A stretch of DNA of 33,885 bases. Source: Nemertoderma westbladi. Its lineage: Eukaryota > Animalia > Xenacoelomorpha. Both the position numbers and the translations under genes were made by a program. The notes under the pieces are model-generated. The model was not told where the DNA came from, searched no databases, and was given only the letters and a program-made list of their open reading frames with translations. The stretch spans positions 1 to 33,885 of the forward strand of contig JAUCBJ010005208.1 of NCBI GenBank assembly GCA_032718475.1, read 5' to 3'. Of this stretch, positions 33,861-33,885 are shown one piece after another; positions within the stretch are counted from its first letter, which is position 1; each line of letters begins with the position of its first letter.

Positions 33861-33885
33861 TATAGTTAAATAGGCCTAACCAATT

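Overview
AT-rich eukaryotic DNA, probably from an invertebrate animal (GT-AG introns, TATA/Inr-like motifs), consisting almost entirely of nested, mostly decayed transposable elements. No clear host gene, rRNA, tRNA or CRISPR is present. In order, the window holds: a 5'-truncated RTE-like LINE; a broken copy of an unknown Cys-motif gene; the C-terminal half of an atypical Helitron-like Rep-helicase; a complete 1.56-kb TTAA-flanked non-autonomous piggyBac-type element; an intact 313-aa member of the unknown gene family; a pogo/Tigger transposase fused to an internally deleted P-like transposase; a second PIF1 helicase; a Rep (YxxKY) fragment; and BEL/Pao LTR-retrotransposon pieces. The best leads are (1) an unnamed gene family (possible OB-fold/Zn protein, 2-3 copies) lying near atypical rolling-circle Rep-helicase remnants, and (2) a BEL/Pao element followed by a palindromic 32-bp array, a TATA/Inr pair and an extra triple zinc-knuckle ORF in the env position. 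All family assignments come from motif recognition by eye; no searches were run.
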